Assembly: GCA_042096495.1 (NCBI GenBank)
Contig: JBELLO010000001.1
Location: 1 to 57,111, forward strand
Length of the DNA: 57,111 nucleotides
Direction of reading: 5' to 3'
Source of the DNA: Candidatus Arcticimaribacter sp.
GTDB lineage: Bacteria; Bacteroidota; Bacteroidia; Flavobacteriales; Flavobacteriaceae
This document shows positions 28,500-39,437 of the stretch, piece by piece. Both the position numbers and the translations under genes were made by a program. Numbering within the stretch: the stretch's first letter is position 1; the number at the start of each line of letters is the position of its first letter. Below the pieces are notes generated by a model. It was not told where the DNA came from. It saw only the letters and a program-made list of their open reading frames with translations, and did not search any database.

Positions 28500-29942
28500 A
28501 TGGAAAAAAATAAGATGATGAAACGCTCTAGAAAGATCAAAATTTTATATGGCCTGGGGTTCTCTTCCATGGGAATAAAAGACGCACTATTTCAATTATT
28601 CCTTTTTTTCTACTTCAGTCAAATCCTGGGGCTTAGCGCCACCTATACTGGATTAGCTACTATCATTGCACTGTTTTTTGACGCTATAAGTGACCCCTGG
28701 ATAGGAACCTTGTCCGACCGCTGGGTTTCTAAAAAATACGGGCGGCGTCATCCTTTTATGTATGCGGCGGCTCTTCCGCTAGGAGCTACTTTATTCCTGC
28801 TCTTTTCTCCCCCCAATGGATTAGACGAATTTGGTTTATTTCTGTGGTTAACTTCCTTTTCTATTTTAGTAAGGGTTGCGCTAACCTTATTTATTGTCCC
28901 TGGGATGTCTTTAGGAGCAGAATTGTCAGACAATTATGATGAACGAACTTCTATCACCAGTTACCGTGTTATGTTTGGTTCCCTAATAGGTCCAATCTTA
29001 TTGATGTTTGGCTTATTGGTTTTCTTTACTCCCACCGCAGAACATGCTAATGGATTATTCAACGAAGCGGCTTATTCAAGATTTGCCCTCTTATGCGGAT
29101 TGCTCGCAGCCTTAGCCATTATCATTAGTACTTATGGAACCAAATCAACCATCCCTAGTCTCCCAAAAGGAAAACCTAACTCCGCTTCAAAGGGCTTAAC
29201 TTCAACTTGGGAAAACTTAAAAGAAGCCATTCAACTTAAATCATATACCAGTTTAGTGAAATACATCATGATTGTCTACATAGGTTTAGGGATTGGGATG
29301 GTCTTTACAACTTATTTTACCACTTATTTTTTTGAACTAAGCGAAAAAGAACTCGCTGGTCTTCCTATCACAAGCGCTCTGGGGGGAATAAGTGCGCTTT
29401 TTTTAGCACCAATTATGGGTAGAATTTTTGACAAAAAGAAAAGTGTGATCATTAGCACCTTTGGTTTTGGTGTTTTCTTTTCATCCCCTTATTTATTACG
29501 CTTTTTAAATTTACTTCCAGAGAACAATACCGCCTTGTTAGTTCCTGTGTATTTTCTAACCCTTTGGGTAGCTTATACCTTTTTATGGATTGCCATTTCA
29601 ATCACTAATTCTATGATGGCTGAAGTGGTTGATGAGTATGAATCCCTTCATCAAAAAAGGAATGAAGGTTTCTTTTTTTCCACCATGTCTTTCGCCTATA
29701 AATGTACGGTAGGTTTTGGATATTTCTTTGCAGGTATTCTTCTTGATCTTATACAGTTTCCCAAACAGGTTACCCAGATTGAAAGTATCGCCCCAGAGGT
29801 GATCAACGGTTTAGGCCTAATTGGTGGTCCATTAATATTATTAATTTATCTAAGTGCTATCTTGTTTATAATAAACTACCCCATTGATAAGTCCTCTCAT
29901 CAAGCAATCAAAAAAATCATTCAAAGAGAAACCCTTAATTAA
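28500..29942 (+). CDS. MFS transporter, GPH/MelB-like family
   Basis: DAISDP..G..SDR..S.YGRRHPF, AELS.NYDER and EGFFFS motifs; about 12 TM segments. Confidence 0.85.
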   Translation: MEKNKMMKRSRKIKILYGLGFSSMGIKDALFQLFLFFYFSQILGLSATYTGLATIIALFFDAISDPWIGTLSDRWVSKKYGRRHPFMYAAALPLGATLFLLFSPPNGLDEFGLFLWLTSFSILVRVALTLFIVPGMSLGAELSDNYDERTSITSYRVMFGSLIGPILLMFGLLVFFTPTAEHANGLFNEAAYSRFALLCGLLAALAIIISTYGTKSTIPSLPKGKPNSASKGLTSTWENLKEAIQLKSYTSLVKYIMIVYIGLGIGMVFTTYFTTYFFELSEKELAGLPITSALGGISALFLAPIMGRIFDKKKSVIISTFGFGVFFSSPYLLRFLNLLPENNTALLVPVYFLTLWVAYTFLWIAISITNSMMAEVVDEYESLHQKRNEGFFFSTMSFAYKCTVGFGYFFAGILLDLIQFPKQVTQIESIAPEVINGLGLIGGPLILLIYLSAILFIINYPIDKSSHQAIKKIIQRETLN

Positions 29943-29953
29943 CGGTTATTTCA

Positions 29954-31438
29954 ATGCATAAAACAATCGACACCTTGATCATTGGCGCTGGATTTGCAGG
30001 AATTGGCGCAGCCATACAATTAAAAAAGCAAGGCATAAAAAGCTTTCTTGTATTAGAACGAAAAAGCGAGGTTGGTGGAACATGGCGAGACAATACCTAT
30101 CCAGGCTGTGCTTGTGATATCCCCTCTTTTTTATATTCTTATTCCTTTGAACTCAATCCAGAATGGTCAGAATCTTTTTCCCCTCACAATGAGATCTTAG
30201 ATTACCTAAAATTTTGTGTGAAGAAATATGGAATAGAAGAACATATTATCTATGATACCCCAGTAGAAGAGGTACGCTTTGATACTACAAAAGGAAACTG
30301 GAAGATTAAGACCAAAACAGAAAGAAATTTTGAAGCGAGAACGATCATCTCATGCTCTGGACCGTTAAATGAACCTAGCTATCCAGAAATTAAAAACCGA
30401 GAAGCCTTTAAAGGGCCACAATTTCACTCTTTACATTGGCAACACGATCTCGATTTAACTAATAAACGGATTGCAGTTATAGGTACAGGTGCAAGCGCTA
30501 TCCAATTTATCCCTAAAATCGCTGAAACAGCGAAAGAAATTACTGTTTTTCAAAGAACAGCCCCTTGGGTTAGCCCAAAGAATAATCAAATCTTTACTGA
30601 AACCGCTAAAAATCGCTTTCGAAAATTCCCTTCCTACATGCGCTTTTGGCGTGAACTTGTCTATTGGCTCCTTGAACTTAGGGGAACAAGCCAGTACAAA
30701 GACAATAAAATCCGTAAATGGCGAACAAAAGAAGCCATGGACCACCTTAATACCCAAATAAGCGATCCTGTTTTACGTGAAAAACTTACGCCAAATTACA
30801 CAATTGGATGCAAGCGTATTCTTATTTCAGACGAATACTACCCAACCCTTACTAAAGAACATGTTCATTTAGAAACAGACACCATTAGCGCTTTTACCGA
30901 AAAAGGTGTTTTAACCCAAAGTGGAAAAGAAGTCGAAGTCGATGTCATTATCTATGGAACTGGATTTAAAACAACTACTTTTTCACATATTTACAAGGTG
31001 ATTGGTTTAAACAATCGAAGTCTTTTTGAAGAATGGAACCAAGAAGGAGGACAAGCCTTTAAGGGGATTAATGTAAACGGTTTCCCTAATTTTATGATTA
31101 CTGTAGGTCCTAATACAGGACTTGGACACAACTCTATTATTCACATGATGGAATCCCAATACAAATACATTCTTGACTACCTAAAAAAACTATCTCAACA
31201 TCCTCCTCACTCTTATTTTGATCTTAAAATTGAAAAACAAAAGGTCTTCAATAAACAATTACAAAAAGAACTAGAGCAGATGGTTTGGACAACAGGAGGA
31301 TGTCAAAGTTATTACCTCAAAAACAGAGCAGGAAAAAACACTTCTATTTGGCCTGGTAGCACAATGAAATACAGAAAACTAACAAAAAAAGTGAAGCTAT
31401 CTGATTACAATATTCTAACTCCAGATACATCGCACTAA
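29954..31438 (+). CDS. Baeyer-Villiger/flavin-containing monooxygenase
   Basis: GAGFAG, GGTW..N.YPG..CD, fingerprint FKGPQFHSLHW and GTGASA. Confidence 0.9.
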   Translation: MHKTIDTLIIGAGFAGIGAAIQLKKQGIKSFLVLERKSEVGGTWRDNTYPGCACDIPSFLYSYSFELNPEWSESFSPHNEILDYLKFCVKKYGIEEHIIYDTPVEEVRFDTTKGNWKIKTKTERNFEARTIISCSGPLNEPSYPEIKNREAFKGPQFHSLHWQHDLDLTNKRIAVIGTGASAIQFIPKIAETAKEITVFQRTAPWVSPKNNQIFTETAKNRFRKFPSYMRFWRELVYWLLELRGTSQYKDNKIRKWRTKEAMDHLNTQISDPVLREKLTPNYTIGCKRILISDEYYPTLTKEHVHLETDTISAFTEKGVLTQSGKEVEVDVIIYGTGFKTTTFSHIYKVIGLNNRSLFEEWNQEGGQAFKGINVNGFPNFMITVGPNTGLGHNSIIHMMESQYKYILDYLKKLSQHPPHSYFDLKIEKQKVFNKQLQKELEQMVWTTGGCQSYYLKNRAGKNTSIWPGSTMKYRKLTKKVKLSDYNILTPDTSH

Positions 31439-31824
31439 TAGACATCAAAACAATAGTTTACTAATAGGGATTAGCATAATTAGTGCAACAGCCTTATTCC
31501 TCCTTTTAATCTTTTGAGAAGTTTATCCTCCCTTCAAGTCGAATAATCGCCCTGCTATAAATAAAAGTTACTACTGCAAGGGCTGAGCGTTTTCTCGACG
31601 GACCTATTCTCCTTTGTATAAAAGTTAACTTGTTGTCCCCAAGAAAAAAAAATAAGAAGGCGGCTATTTAAAAAACAATCTCTTTACCTAAGAAGAAGTC
31701 ACTTGTACAGTAAATTAATTAATAGATTATTATATTTACGAGAACAAGAACGATAATTTGTATTTTTTTACCACGGCAAAAGGACAAGCTATCGGGCTAG
31801 TCAAATTAAAACCAGACAACTATT

Positions 31825-33510
31825 ATGAGTAATTCAACAAACGACGCCCTATTTGATTTTAAGTTTTATGAGTGGGAAAAACGCTTTAAAGATCAACCCT
31901 TTTTAAGACAACCTTTTGGCGACACTTGGGAAGAATATACCTGGGGCGAAGTGGGGCAAATGGCTCGTAAACTTGCAACAGGGTTAAAATCTTTAGGTTT
32001 ACGCGAAAATGCACATATAGGATTAATCTCAAAGAATTGTCGCGAATGGATTATCGCAGATCTAGCCATTGTTATGGCGGGCTACATTAGTGTACCCTTT
32101 TTTCCTACCCTCAATGCGAAAGAGATCAATACTCTTCTCACCTTTGGAGATATTGACTTACTCTTTACAGGCAAGGTCGAAGACTGGGAGGAACAAAAGG
32201 AAGGAGTACCTGAAGGAATGCCCACGATCGCTTTCCCACACTATAAAAATCATTCTAATATTACTGAAGGGCATCAATGGTTTGATTTTATCAATCAATT
32301 TGAACCCATGCAAGAACCTCATCAACCTAAAATGAGCGATACATGGACCATTATTTTTACTTCGGGTACTACCGGAAACCCAAAAGGTGTTGTGCTAGAT
32401 TACCTCGCCAACTCTAAAACCGCTGTACTTACTTTGGAGTCAAACCCTCTAAAGGTTGATTTTAACGGGAAAAATAGTTTTTTCTCCTATCTCCCATTAA
32501 ACCATATTGCAGAGAGAATTGTGGTCGAATATGCTGTCTTCCGTTTTGGTGGTACAGTTTCTTTTGCCGAAAGTCTCGACACTTTTGCACAGAATCTTCA
32601 AGACACTCAACCCACAGTGTTCTTTGCCGTCCCGCGTATATGGACAAAATTCCAAACAGGAATACTCGCAAAACTCCCAAATGAAAAACTCGATAAACTA
32701 TTGCGTATTCCTGTACTTTCTTGGTTACTTAAACGTAAGTTTAAAAAAGCATTGGGCCTAAGCAAAGCAAGAGCGATTGTATCTGGAGCAGCACCTATGT
32801 TAGAAACGCAACGTGCGTGGTTTAGAAAAATAGGAATTGGTATAACTAACGGTTACGGAATGACAGAGAATTGTGCTATTACCACTCAACTCGATGCACG
32901 TATCGTAAACAAACCTGGCTCAGTAGGAATTCCTCAACCAGAAGTAAATATTAAAACAGACCCAGAAAGCGGAGAAATCTTAATGCAAGGCCCTTTTATG
33001 ATGAGAGGCTATTACAAGCAACCAGAATTAACAGATGAAGTAATCAAGAACGGATGGTTACATACAGGAGACCAGGGTTATATTGATGATGACGGTTTTT
33101 TATTCATAATAGGACGAGTTAAAGACATGTTTAAAACCTCTAAAGGAAAATATATTGAACCCTTGTTATTAGAAGCGTATTTTGCTGACATTGTAGAATT
33201 AGAACAAATTTGTGTAGCTGGATTAGGATTACCACAACCTATTCTTTTAGGCGTAGCCTCTGAAGTAGGAAAAGCCAAAGGAAACGATGCTCTGGAAGCG
33301 ATGCTCGCAAAACGTCTTGACGAAGTTAATACACAAGTGTCTGGGTATAAAAAGATTGCTACAATTATTGTCACAAAAGACGAATGGACCGTGGACAACG
33401 GATTGACAACTCCCACCTTGAAAATCAAGCGTAATCAAGTGGATAAAAAGTATCAAACTAATTATCAAAATTGGTATGCGAGTGATCAAAAAGTCATTTT
33501 TGAGGCCTAA
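31825..33510 (+). CDS. Long-chain acyl-CoA synthetase (AMP-binding)
   Basis: FTSGTTGNPKG, YLPLNHIAER, GYGMTE, GWLHTGD and TPTLKIKR motifs. Confidence 0.92.
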   Translation: MSNSTNDALFDFKFYEWEKRFKDQPFLRQPFGDTWEEYTWGEVGQMARKLATGLKSLGLRENAHIGLISKNCREWIIADLAIVMAGYISVPFFPTLNAKEINTLLTFGDIDLLFTGKVEDWEEQKEGVPEGMPTIAFPHYKNHSNITEGHQWFDFINQFEPMQEPHQPKMSDTWTIIFTSGTTGNPKGVVLDYLANSKTAVLTLESNPLKVDFNGKNSFFSYLPLNHIAERIVVEYAVFRFGGTVSFAESLDTFAQNLQDTQPTVFFAVPRIWTKFQTGILAKLPNEKLDKLLRIPVLSWLLKRKFKKALGLSKARAIVSGAAPMLETQRAWFRKIGIGITNGYGMTENCAITTQLDARIVNKPGSVGIPQPEVNIKTDPESGEILMQGPFMMRGYYKQPELTDEVIKNGWLHTGDQGYIDDDGFLFIIGRVKDMFKTSKGKYIEPLLLEAYFADIVELEQICVAGLGLPQPILLGVASEVGKAKGNDALEAMLAKRLDEVNTQVSGYKKIATIIVTKDEWTVDNGLTTPTLKIKRNQVDKKYQTNYQNWYASDQKVIFEA

Positions 33511-33708
33511 AATTTTCGGGAAACTTCAACCTTTACAACCACTTAGATTCGCAAAAAAACAGACAACTTACTTTAATAAATTAAAAACTTATTTATCTTT
33601 AATGGATTATAAAAAATCAACTCATTAAAAAATACCCCCCAAACTCCTACCTATAACCTAGTTTACTTGAAGTTTTGTAAACCAGTAATTATTATAAATC
33701 AATCAATT

Positions 33709-36700
33709 ATGAAAAACAACAAATTGACAACTACATTAACAGTACTTGGGCTGTTTTGTGTAAATCTGCTGTTGGCACAAACCTCCATTAGTGGTTTGGT
33801 GACCGATGCAGAGACAAATGAGCCTATACCGGGCGTCAACATTCTTATCCAAGGAACTTCAGAAGGTACTAACACCGACTTCGACGGAAACTTTACTTTA
33901 AGTTCTGATCAAGCGGCTCCCTTCACAGTAGTGATTAGTTCTATTGGATTTAGTACACAATCTGTTGAAGTAACTTCTGCAGACCAAATTATCAATGTAT
34001 CCTTACAACCTGGAGAGAATCTAGAAGAGATCATCGTTTCTGCTTCACGTCGTGCACAAAAAATACAAGATGCTCCTGCATCGGTTAGTATTGTTTCAGC
34101 TAAAGACATTGAAAACTCGGCAGTGGCCGTTGACCCAGTTCGTCACTTAGTAAATATTCCTGGGGTTCAAATCCAACAACAATCAGCCAATACGCTTAAC
34201 ATTGAAATGCGTGCTGGTTCTGGTATCTTTGGATCTGCTACTTTCCCTATTTTGGATTACAGATTCTTATCCACTCCTGCGGCATCAACTTTCTTTACAC
34301 AGCATTCAGGCTTATCTAATATCGACATAGAAAAAATCGAAGTAGTACGAGGTGCTGCATCGGCATTATACGGTCCTAACGTAGTATCTGGTGTTGTTCA
34401 CTTCATGTCTAAGAGTGCGATCGACCATCCCGGTACAACAGTAGAATTACTGGGAGGGGAAATGAGCACAATGGGAGCTGCTATTCGACATGCTTATGCT
34501 TCTGAAAATGAAAAATTTGGATATAAAATCAACGCAAAATGGTCTAAAGGAGATGATTTCGAATTAGATGCTGAAGAAGATGCTGAAAACATTGCTGGTT
34601 TTGCAAGAGAAATTTACATGCCAGCTATCTCAAATGGTGTTGTAGATGTTACACAACCTGGAACACTTCTTTTGTCAGAAAGTGATCTAGACGACAACTT
34701 TGACGGAAATCCATTAGCAACTAAATATGAGAACTTCTCTGCAAATGCTCACTTAGAGTTTCGTCCAAACGAAAAAACAACTGGTTTCCTATCTGGAGGT
34801 TTTGCACAAGGTGGTGCATTATTCTTTAACTCTCAAGGGGCTGGTTACCAAGATGGAGAAGATTACTGGGCGCAAGCACGTGTTCAATCTGGTGGTTTCT
34901 TCGGATTAGTTTCCTACAACTACAAAAGTGGTGGTGGACCAGAAAACCCAACCTTCCTGTATGACTCTGGTTTCCGCCAAGTAGCCATAAACTCTTCTTT
35001 AGAGGCGCAGGTACAATACAACTTTGACGTTCCATCTTTCTTAAACACTAACTTCACTGTTGGTATTGATCACAGAGATGTAATGTCTGATTCACAAAAC
35101 ACCTTATATGGTCGTAACGAGTTAAATGATGATTACATTATTACAGGAGCTTACCTTCAAGGAACATCTGTTTTAAGTGATCAATTAGAATTAACTTATG
35201 CTGGACGTGTAGATAAGTTTTCTATCACAGATGATCTTGGATTTTCTCCTCGAGCGGCATTAGTTTATAAACTAAACGAAAATAATACAATTAGAGCTTC
35301 TTACAACTCGTCAGTATCTATCCCAACTGCTTTACAGTTATACATCGATTTCCCAGTAAGCACAATTGTACCGGGTTCATATGATGTATGGTTAGCAGGA
35401 GAGGTTGAAGCTCAAAACTTTGATCCAAATGCACCAATTCGTTTACCGTTCTTAGGCGGGGCAACCGTTGATGTAGCTAACGCTGCTGCGGGTGTACCAA
35501 ACAATGCTATTTTTGGAACACTTAATGCTTTAGGTGGTATTGATCAAATTATTGGTGCCATCAATACAGATCCAGCTTATGCTGCTCTAGCTCCTTTTGC
35601 TCCTATCTTAGAAGGGGTTTTAAGGAACCCTGCTACGATTGCCTCAATATCTGGAACTTCTGGAGTTTTAGGAAGTCCATATGGAGCAGGTACTGGTTAC
35701 AACATTTTTAATGGTGAACAATTAGATCCATATCAAGGTGCAGGAGCTTCTGTTTTAAATCGAGTAAATTCATTTGAAGTTGGATATAAAGGTGTCATTG
35801 CAAAGAAATTATCTTTAGGTATTGACATTTATACTTACGAACAACAAGGATTCACCAATTTTACCGCTATTGGGCCTGCCTACGCTTACACCCCTGATAC
35901 TGCACCAACAGGAGCTTTAGCACAATCTATTGCTGGGGATTTAGCAGCACTTCTTACACCTGGTGTAACTAGTGCTTTGACAACACAGTATACAGGTGTT
36001 GCTGCGCAACTTAATGGGCTAGGTATCCCAATCGATGCTGCTACTTTAATAGCAAATGGATTAACTGGTATTCCTGGAGTAGATCCTATTGCTCCGCTCG
36101 CAACAGCAGCCGCTCAAGTAATTGGTGGTCTGGCAGCCGTTGCTGGTGGTGGTTATGCTGGCGGACAAGCAGCTATTCCTTCTGAAGCTTTACCTGTATT
36201 CGGAACAATTAATTCTCAAAGAGCCCCTGCAGATGGAGGTACACACCTTGCTGCTGGATACCGTAAATTTGATGGGCAAAAACGTACCCACTGGGGGATG
36301 GATGTCGCTGCAGAATACTTTGCTAACGAAAACGTTAGCTTCTGGGCAAATGCATCTTACTTAAGTCAAAACGAGTGGATTCCTGGAGAAGACAACGACG
36401 ATGGATTACCATTTTCTTCTTACTTAAACGCTCCTCAGTTCAAATATAGAGCGGGTGTTCGTTATAGCAAAGATGGCCTTCAAGGAAGCATCTCTTTCCA
36501 ACATGATGACGAATTCAATTCTAATCAAGGGGTGTACTCTGGTGTAGTTCAAGAAAAGAATCTATTTGATGCTAATATTGGATACACTCTTTCAAGTGGT
36601 GTTCGATTTGATATTACAGGTTCAAACATCTTTAACCAGAGATACCGTGCTTTCCCAAGTATGCCAGTTATTGGACGTCGTATTATAGGAAAAATCACTT

Positions 36701-36711
36701 TTGATCTATAA
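33709..36711 (+). CDS. TonB-dependent receptor (non-SusC type) with large apolar insertions
   Basis: ATG at 33709; signal peptide, CarboxypepD-like domain, LEEIIVSASR and IEVVRGAASALYG plug motif; C-terminal beta-strand; no susD partner. Confidence 0.9.
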   Translation: MKNNKLTTTLTVLGLFCVNLLLAQTSISGLVTDAETNEPIPGVNILIQGTSEGTNTDFDGNFTLSSDQAAPFTVVISSIGFSTQSVEVTSADQIINVSLQPGENLEEIIVSASRRAQKIQDAPASVSIVSAKDIENSAVAVDPVRHLVNIPGVQIQQQSANTLNIEMRAGSGIFGSATFPILDYRFLSTPAASTFFTQHSGLSNIDIEKIEVVRGAASALYGPNVVSGVVHFMSKSAIDHPGTTVELLGGEMSTMGAAIRHAYASENEKFGYKINAKWSKGDDFELDAEEDAENIAGFAREIYMPAISNGVVDVTQPGTLLLSESDLDDNFDGNPLATKYENFSANAHLEFRPNEKTTGFLSGGFAQGGALFFNSQGAGYQDGEDYWAQARVQSGGFFGLVSYNYKSGGGPENPTFLYDSGFRQVAINSSLEAQVQYNFDVPSFLNTNFTVGIDHRDVMSDSQNTLYGRNELNDDYIITGAYLQGTSVLSDQLELTYAGRVDKFSITDDLGFSPRAALVYKLNENNTIRASYNSSVSIPTALQLYIDFPVSTIVPGSYDVWLAGEVEAQNFDPNAPIRLPFLGGATVDVANAAAGVPNNAIFGTLNALGGIDQIIGAINTDPAYAALAPFAPILEGVLRNPATIASISGTSGVLGSPYGAGTGYNIFNGEQLDPYQGAGASVLNRVNSFEVGYKGVIAKKLSLGIDIYTYEQQGFTNFTAIGPAYAYTPDTAPTGALAQSIAGDLAALLTPGVTSALTTQYTGVAAQLNGLGIPIDAATLIANGLTGIPGVDPIAPLATAAAQVIGGLAAVAGGGYAGGQAAIPSEALPVFGTINSQRAPADGGTHLAAGYRKFDGQKRTHWGMDVAAEYFANENVSFWANASYLSQNEWIPGEDNDDGLPFSSYLNAPQFKYRAGVRYSKDGLQGSISFQHDDEFNSNQGVYSGVVQEKNLFDANIGYTLSSGVRFDITGSNIFNQRYRAFPSMPVIGRRIIGKITFDL

Positions 36712-36732
36712 TTCGTTATTGGATCAGCTAGT

Positions 36733-37476
36733 ATGAAAGACAAAACAGCATTCATTACTGGTGCTGCCAAAGGAATCGGAAGAGCAACAGCAGTTGCTCT
36801 TTCGGCCTCTGGTTGCCAAGTAATCCTCACTGATATTGATCAAAAAGCCCTAGATCAAACCAAAAATGAAATCGAAAACGCTGGTGGTAAAGTCACTACT
36901 TATTTACTCGATGTATCTAACCAAGAACAGGTAAACGCCGTTCACCAACAGGCTTTAAAAGAGCATCAAAGCATTGACTATTTCGTCAATAATGCAGGCA
37001 TAGGAGGTATCTTAACTCCCATCCATTTAATGACAGCAGAAAACTGGAATAATGTGATTAATGTTGATCTCAACAGCATATTTTACTGTTTACACGCACA
37101 AATAAATATCCTCTTACCTCAAGGCGGTGGGAACATTGTCAATGTTGCTTCACTCGCTGGTAAAAAAGGCGTTATGGCTGGATCTCATTATTCGGCTGCA
37201 AAACACGGGGTCATTGGGATCACAAAAAGTGCTGCAATAGAATATGGGGCGCATAACATTCGCGTTAATGCCATTTGTCCCTCTTTTTTAGAAACCGATA
37301 TTATTCAAGCGGTACCCCAACAAATCCTTGATTTTGTAAAACAACATCGTGTTCCACTAAAACGTCACGGTAAAGCAGAAGAGGCTGGAGAAACCATCAA
37401 GTGGTTACTCTCAGATCAATCTTCCTTTGTCAACGGCCACGCCTTAGTGATGGATGGCGGTATGAACGCTGGATAA
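36733..37476 (+). CDS. Classical SDR oxidoreductase
   Basis: TGAAKGIG, NNAG and YSAAK motifs. Confidence 0.88.
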   Translation: MKDKTAFITGAAKGIGRATAVALSASGCQVILTDIDQKALDQTKNEIENAGGKVTTYLLDVSNQEQVNAVHQQALKEHQSIDYFVNNAGIGGILTPIHLMTAENWNNVINVDLNSIFYCLHAQINILLPQGGGNIVNVASLAGKKGVMAGSHYSAAKHGVIGITKSAAIEYGAHNIRVNAICPSFLETDIIQAVPQQILDFVKQHRVPLKRHGKAEEAGETIKWLLSDQSSFVNGHALVMDGGMNAG

Positions 37477-37560
37477 TCCACCCTAAACTTTCTTACTTTT
37501 AATGATTTACAGCTTGTAAAGCCGTAAACCTTTTCCTCTTTTTTCTTATCTTGAGGAGAT

Positions 37561-38367
37561 ATGTTTGCACCCTCACTATTTAAAAATAAAACCATCCTTG
37601 TTACAGGTGGAAGAAGCGGAATTGGCTTTGCCATTGCAAAAGCATTCCTCGAACATGGTGCAGAAGTTTTTATCGCTTCGCGGAAAAAAGAGCTGCTCGA
37701 AAAAGCCGCAGAAGAATTGAATCAATACGGGAAGTGCCATGCATTCGCTTGTGACATTCGTTCTCCCGAAGACATCAATACTTTGACGAAAACCATACAA
37801 GAAACCACAGGCCGTTTAGATATCCTAATCAATAATGCAGGAGGACAATTCCCTGCCCCTGCGCATGTCATGGCAGAAAAAGGTTGGGCAGCGGTGATCA
37901 ATAACAACCTTAACGGCACCTTTTATATGTGCCAAAAAATAGCGAACAACTTTTTTATCCCACAAAAGAGCGGCAATATCATCAACATAACAGCTAACGT
38001 CTTGCGGGGTTTCCCCGGCATGGCACATACAGGGGCAGCACGGGCTGGCGTTGAAAATTTAACAAAGAGTCTAGGACAAGAATGGGCCACCTATGGGATT
38101 CGTGTAAATGCTGTCGCTCCCGGCACCATTGAAACCACTGGCTTAGACAACTACCCCCCTTTTATGCAAGATTTCTTTCGTAAAAGTGAAGACAAAAACT
38201 TGATGAAACGCTTTGGAAAAGCTGAAGATGTAGCAAACGCGGTACTCTTTCTTTCCAGCCCACTAGCAAGTTATATTAGCGGGGTAACCCTTCCCGTAGA
38301 TGGTTTGGAACATCTCGCTGGGGATAGAATGGATATGTATAATGCATTAATGAAGATGATGAAATAA
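37561..38367 (+). CDS. SDR related to peroxisomal trans-2-enoyl-CoA reductase / AtuB-AtuG
   Basis: TGGRSGIG and NNAGGQF; GMAHTGAARA replaces the YxxxK motif. Confidence 0.75.
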   Translation: MFAPSLFKNKTILVTGGRSGIGFAIAKAFLEHGAEVFIASRKKELLEKAAEELNQYGKCHAFACDIRSPEDINTLTKTIQETTGRLDILINNAGGQFPAPAHVMAEKGWAAVINNNLNGTFYMCQKIANNFFIPQKSGNIINITANVLRGFPGMAHTGAARAGVENLTKSLGQEWATYGIRVNAVAPGTIETTGLDNYPPFMQDFFRKSEDKNLMKRFGKAEDVANAVLFLSSPLASYISGVTLPVDGLEHLAGDRMDMYNALMKMMK

Positions 38368-38378
38368 AATTACCCGAT

Positions 38379-39437
38379 ATGAAACTTCTTAAAACATTTA
38401 TAGCACTCGTGCTAATCACTGCATTTGCGTATCTAGGGTTTTATCCTATCCCTCTTGATCCAATAGCACGTAAAGCTCCTCCTTTCCCCGGTTTAAAAGG
38501 AGTGTATCAACCCAATAATAAATTAGCTCAAACAACTTTAATCCCGCTCCCCTCTCCAGGACCAGAATCGATCGTTCGTCATCCAGAAGGACACTTTTTT
38601 ACAGGCTTAGCTAATGGAGACATCGTTCAATTTAATGCAACAGGAGAAGAACAAAACATTATCGCTAATACGGGTGGACGGCCATTAGGAATGAAAATCG
38701 CCCCCAGTGGGGACCTTATCATCGCAGATCAAATCAAAGGGCTGATCAAATTAGACAGCACGAATCAAATCAGTATTCTAGTAGATCAACACAAAGGAGA
38801 ACTACTCAAATTTGTCGATGATCTTGACATTAGTAAAGAAGGCAAGGTCTATTTTAGCAATGCCACACAACGCAACCCCATTGTGGTTGAAAATGAAGCC
38901 TGGGAACAAAGAGCCTCAGGAGCTATTTTTGCCTATGACCTCAATACAGAGCAATTGCGTTTAATCAAAGACGACTTGTTTTTTGCTAATGGAGTTGCCC
39001 TTAATGCTACCCAAGACTATTTTATCTTTAGCGAAACTTTTGGCTTAAGCCTTAAAAAATACTGGCTTAAAGGACCAAAAGCCGGAACCCTTGAAGTTTT
39101 TAATGATCGCTTGCCCGGTTTTCCAGACAATGTCACCTTTAACAATGGTATCTTCTGGGTCGCGATCCCCACCCAACGGGTAATCGATATTGAACCCCTT
39201 TTTGAATATCCCTTTATACGATCGATGATTTTACGCCTCCCAGAAGCTGTTCGCAATGCGGTCTTACCTCCGCGTTATGCCATGCTTTTAGGCTTTAACG
39301 AAGTGGGTGAAGTGGTTTACAATCTTCAAGATCCTGGCGGAAAGTATGATTATATCACCAGTGTTTTGCAAATTGAGAATCAACTGTATCTGGGGAGTTT
39401 AAAAGAGCCCACCTTTGGGATATACTCCCTTGACTAA
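38379..39437 (+). CDS. Strictosidine-synthase-like / SMP-30 beta-propeller hydrolase (APMAP-like)
   Basis: GPES, GRPLG, FANGV and LPGFPDN motifs; N-terminal membrane anchor. Confidence 0.85.
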   Translation: MKLLKTFIALVLITAFAYLGFYPIPLDPIARKAPPFPGLKGVYQPNNKLAQTTLIPLPSPGPESIVRHPEGHFFTGLANGDIVQFNATGEEQNIIANTGGRPLGMKIAPSGDLIIADQIKGLIKLDSTNQISILVDQHKGELLKFVDDLDISKEGKVYFSNATQRNPIVVENEAWEQRASGAIFAYDLNTEQLRLIKDDLFFANGVALNATQDYFIFSETFGLSLKKYWLKGPKAGTLEVFNDRLPGFPDNVTFNNGIFWVAIPTQRVIDIEPLFEYPFIRSMILRLPEAVRNAVLPPRYAMLLGFNEVGEVVYNLQDPGGKYDYITSVLQIENQLYLGSLKEPTFGIYSLD

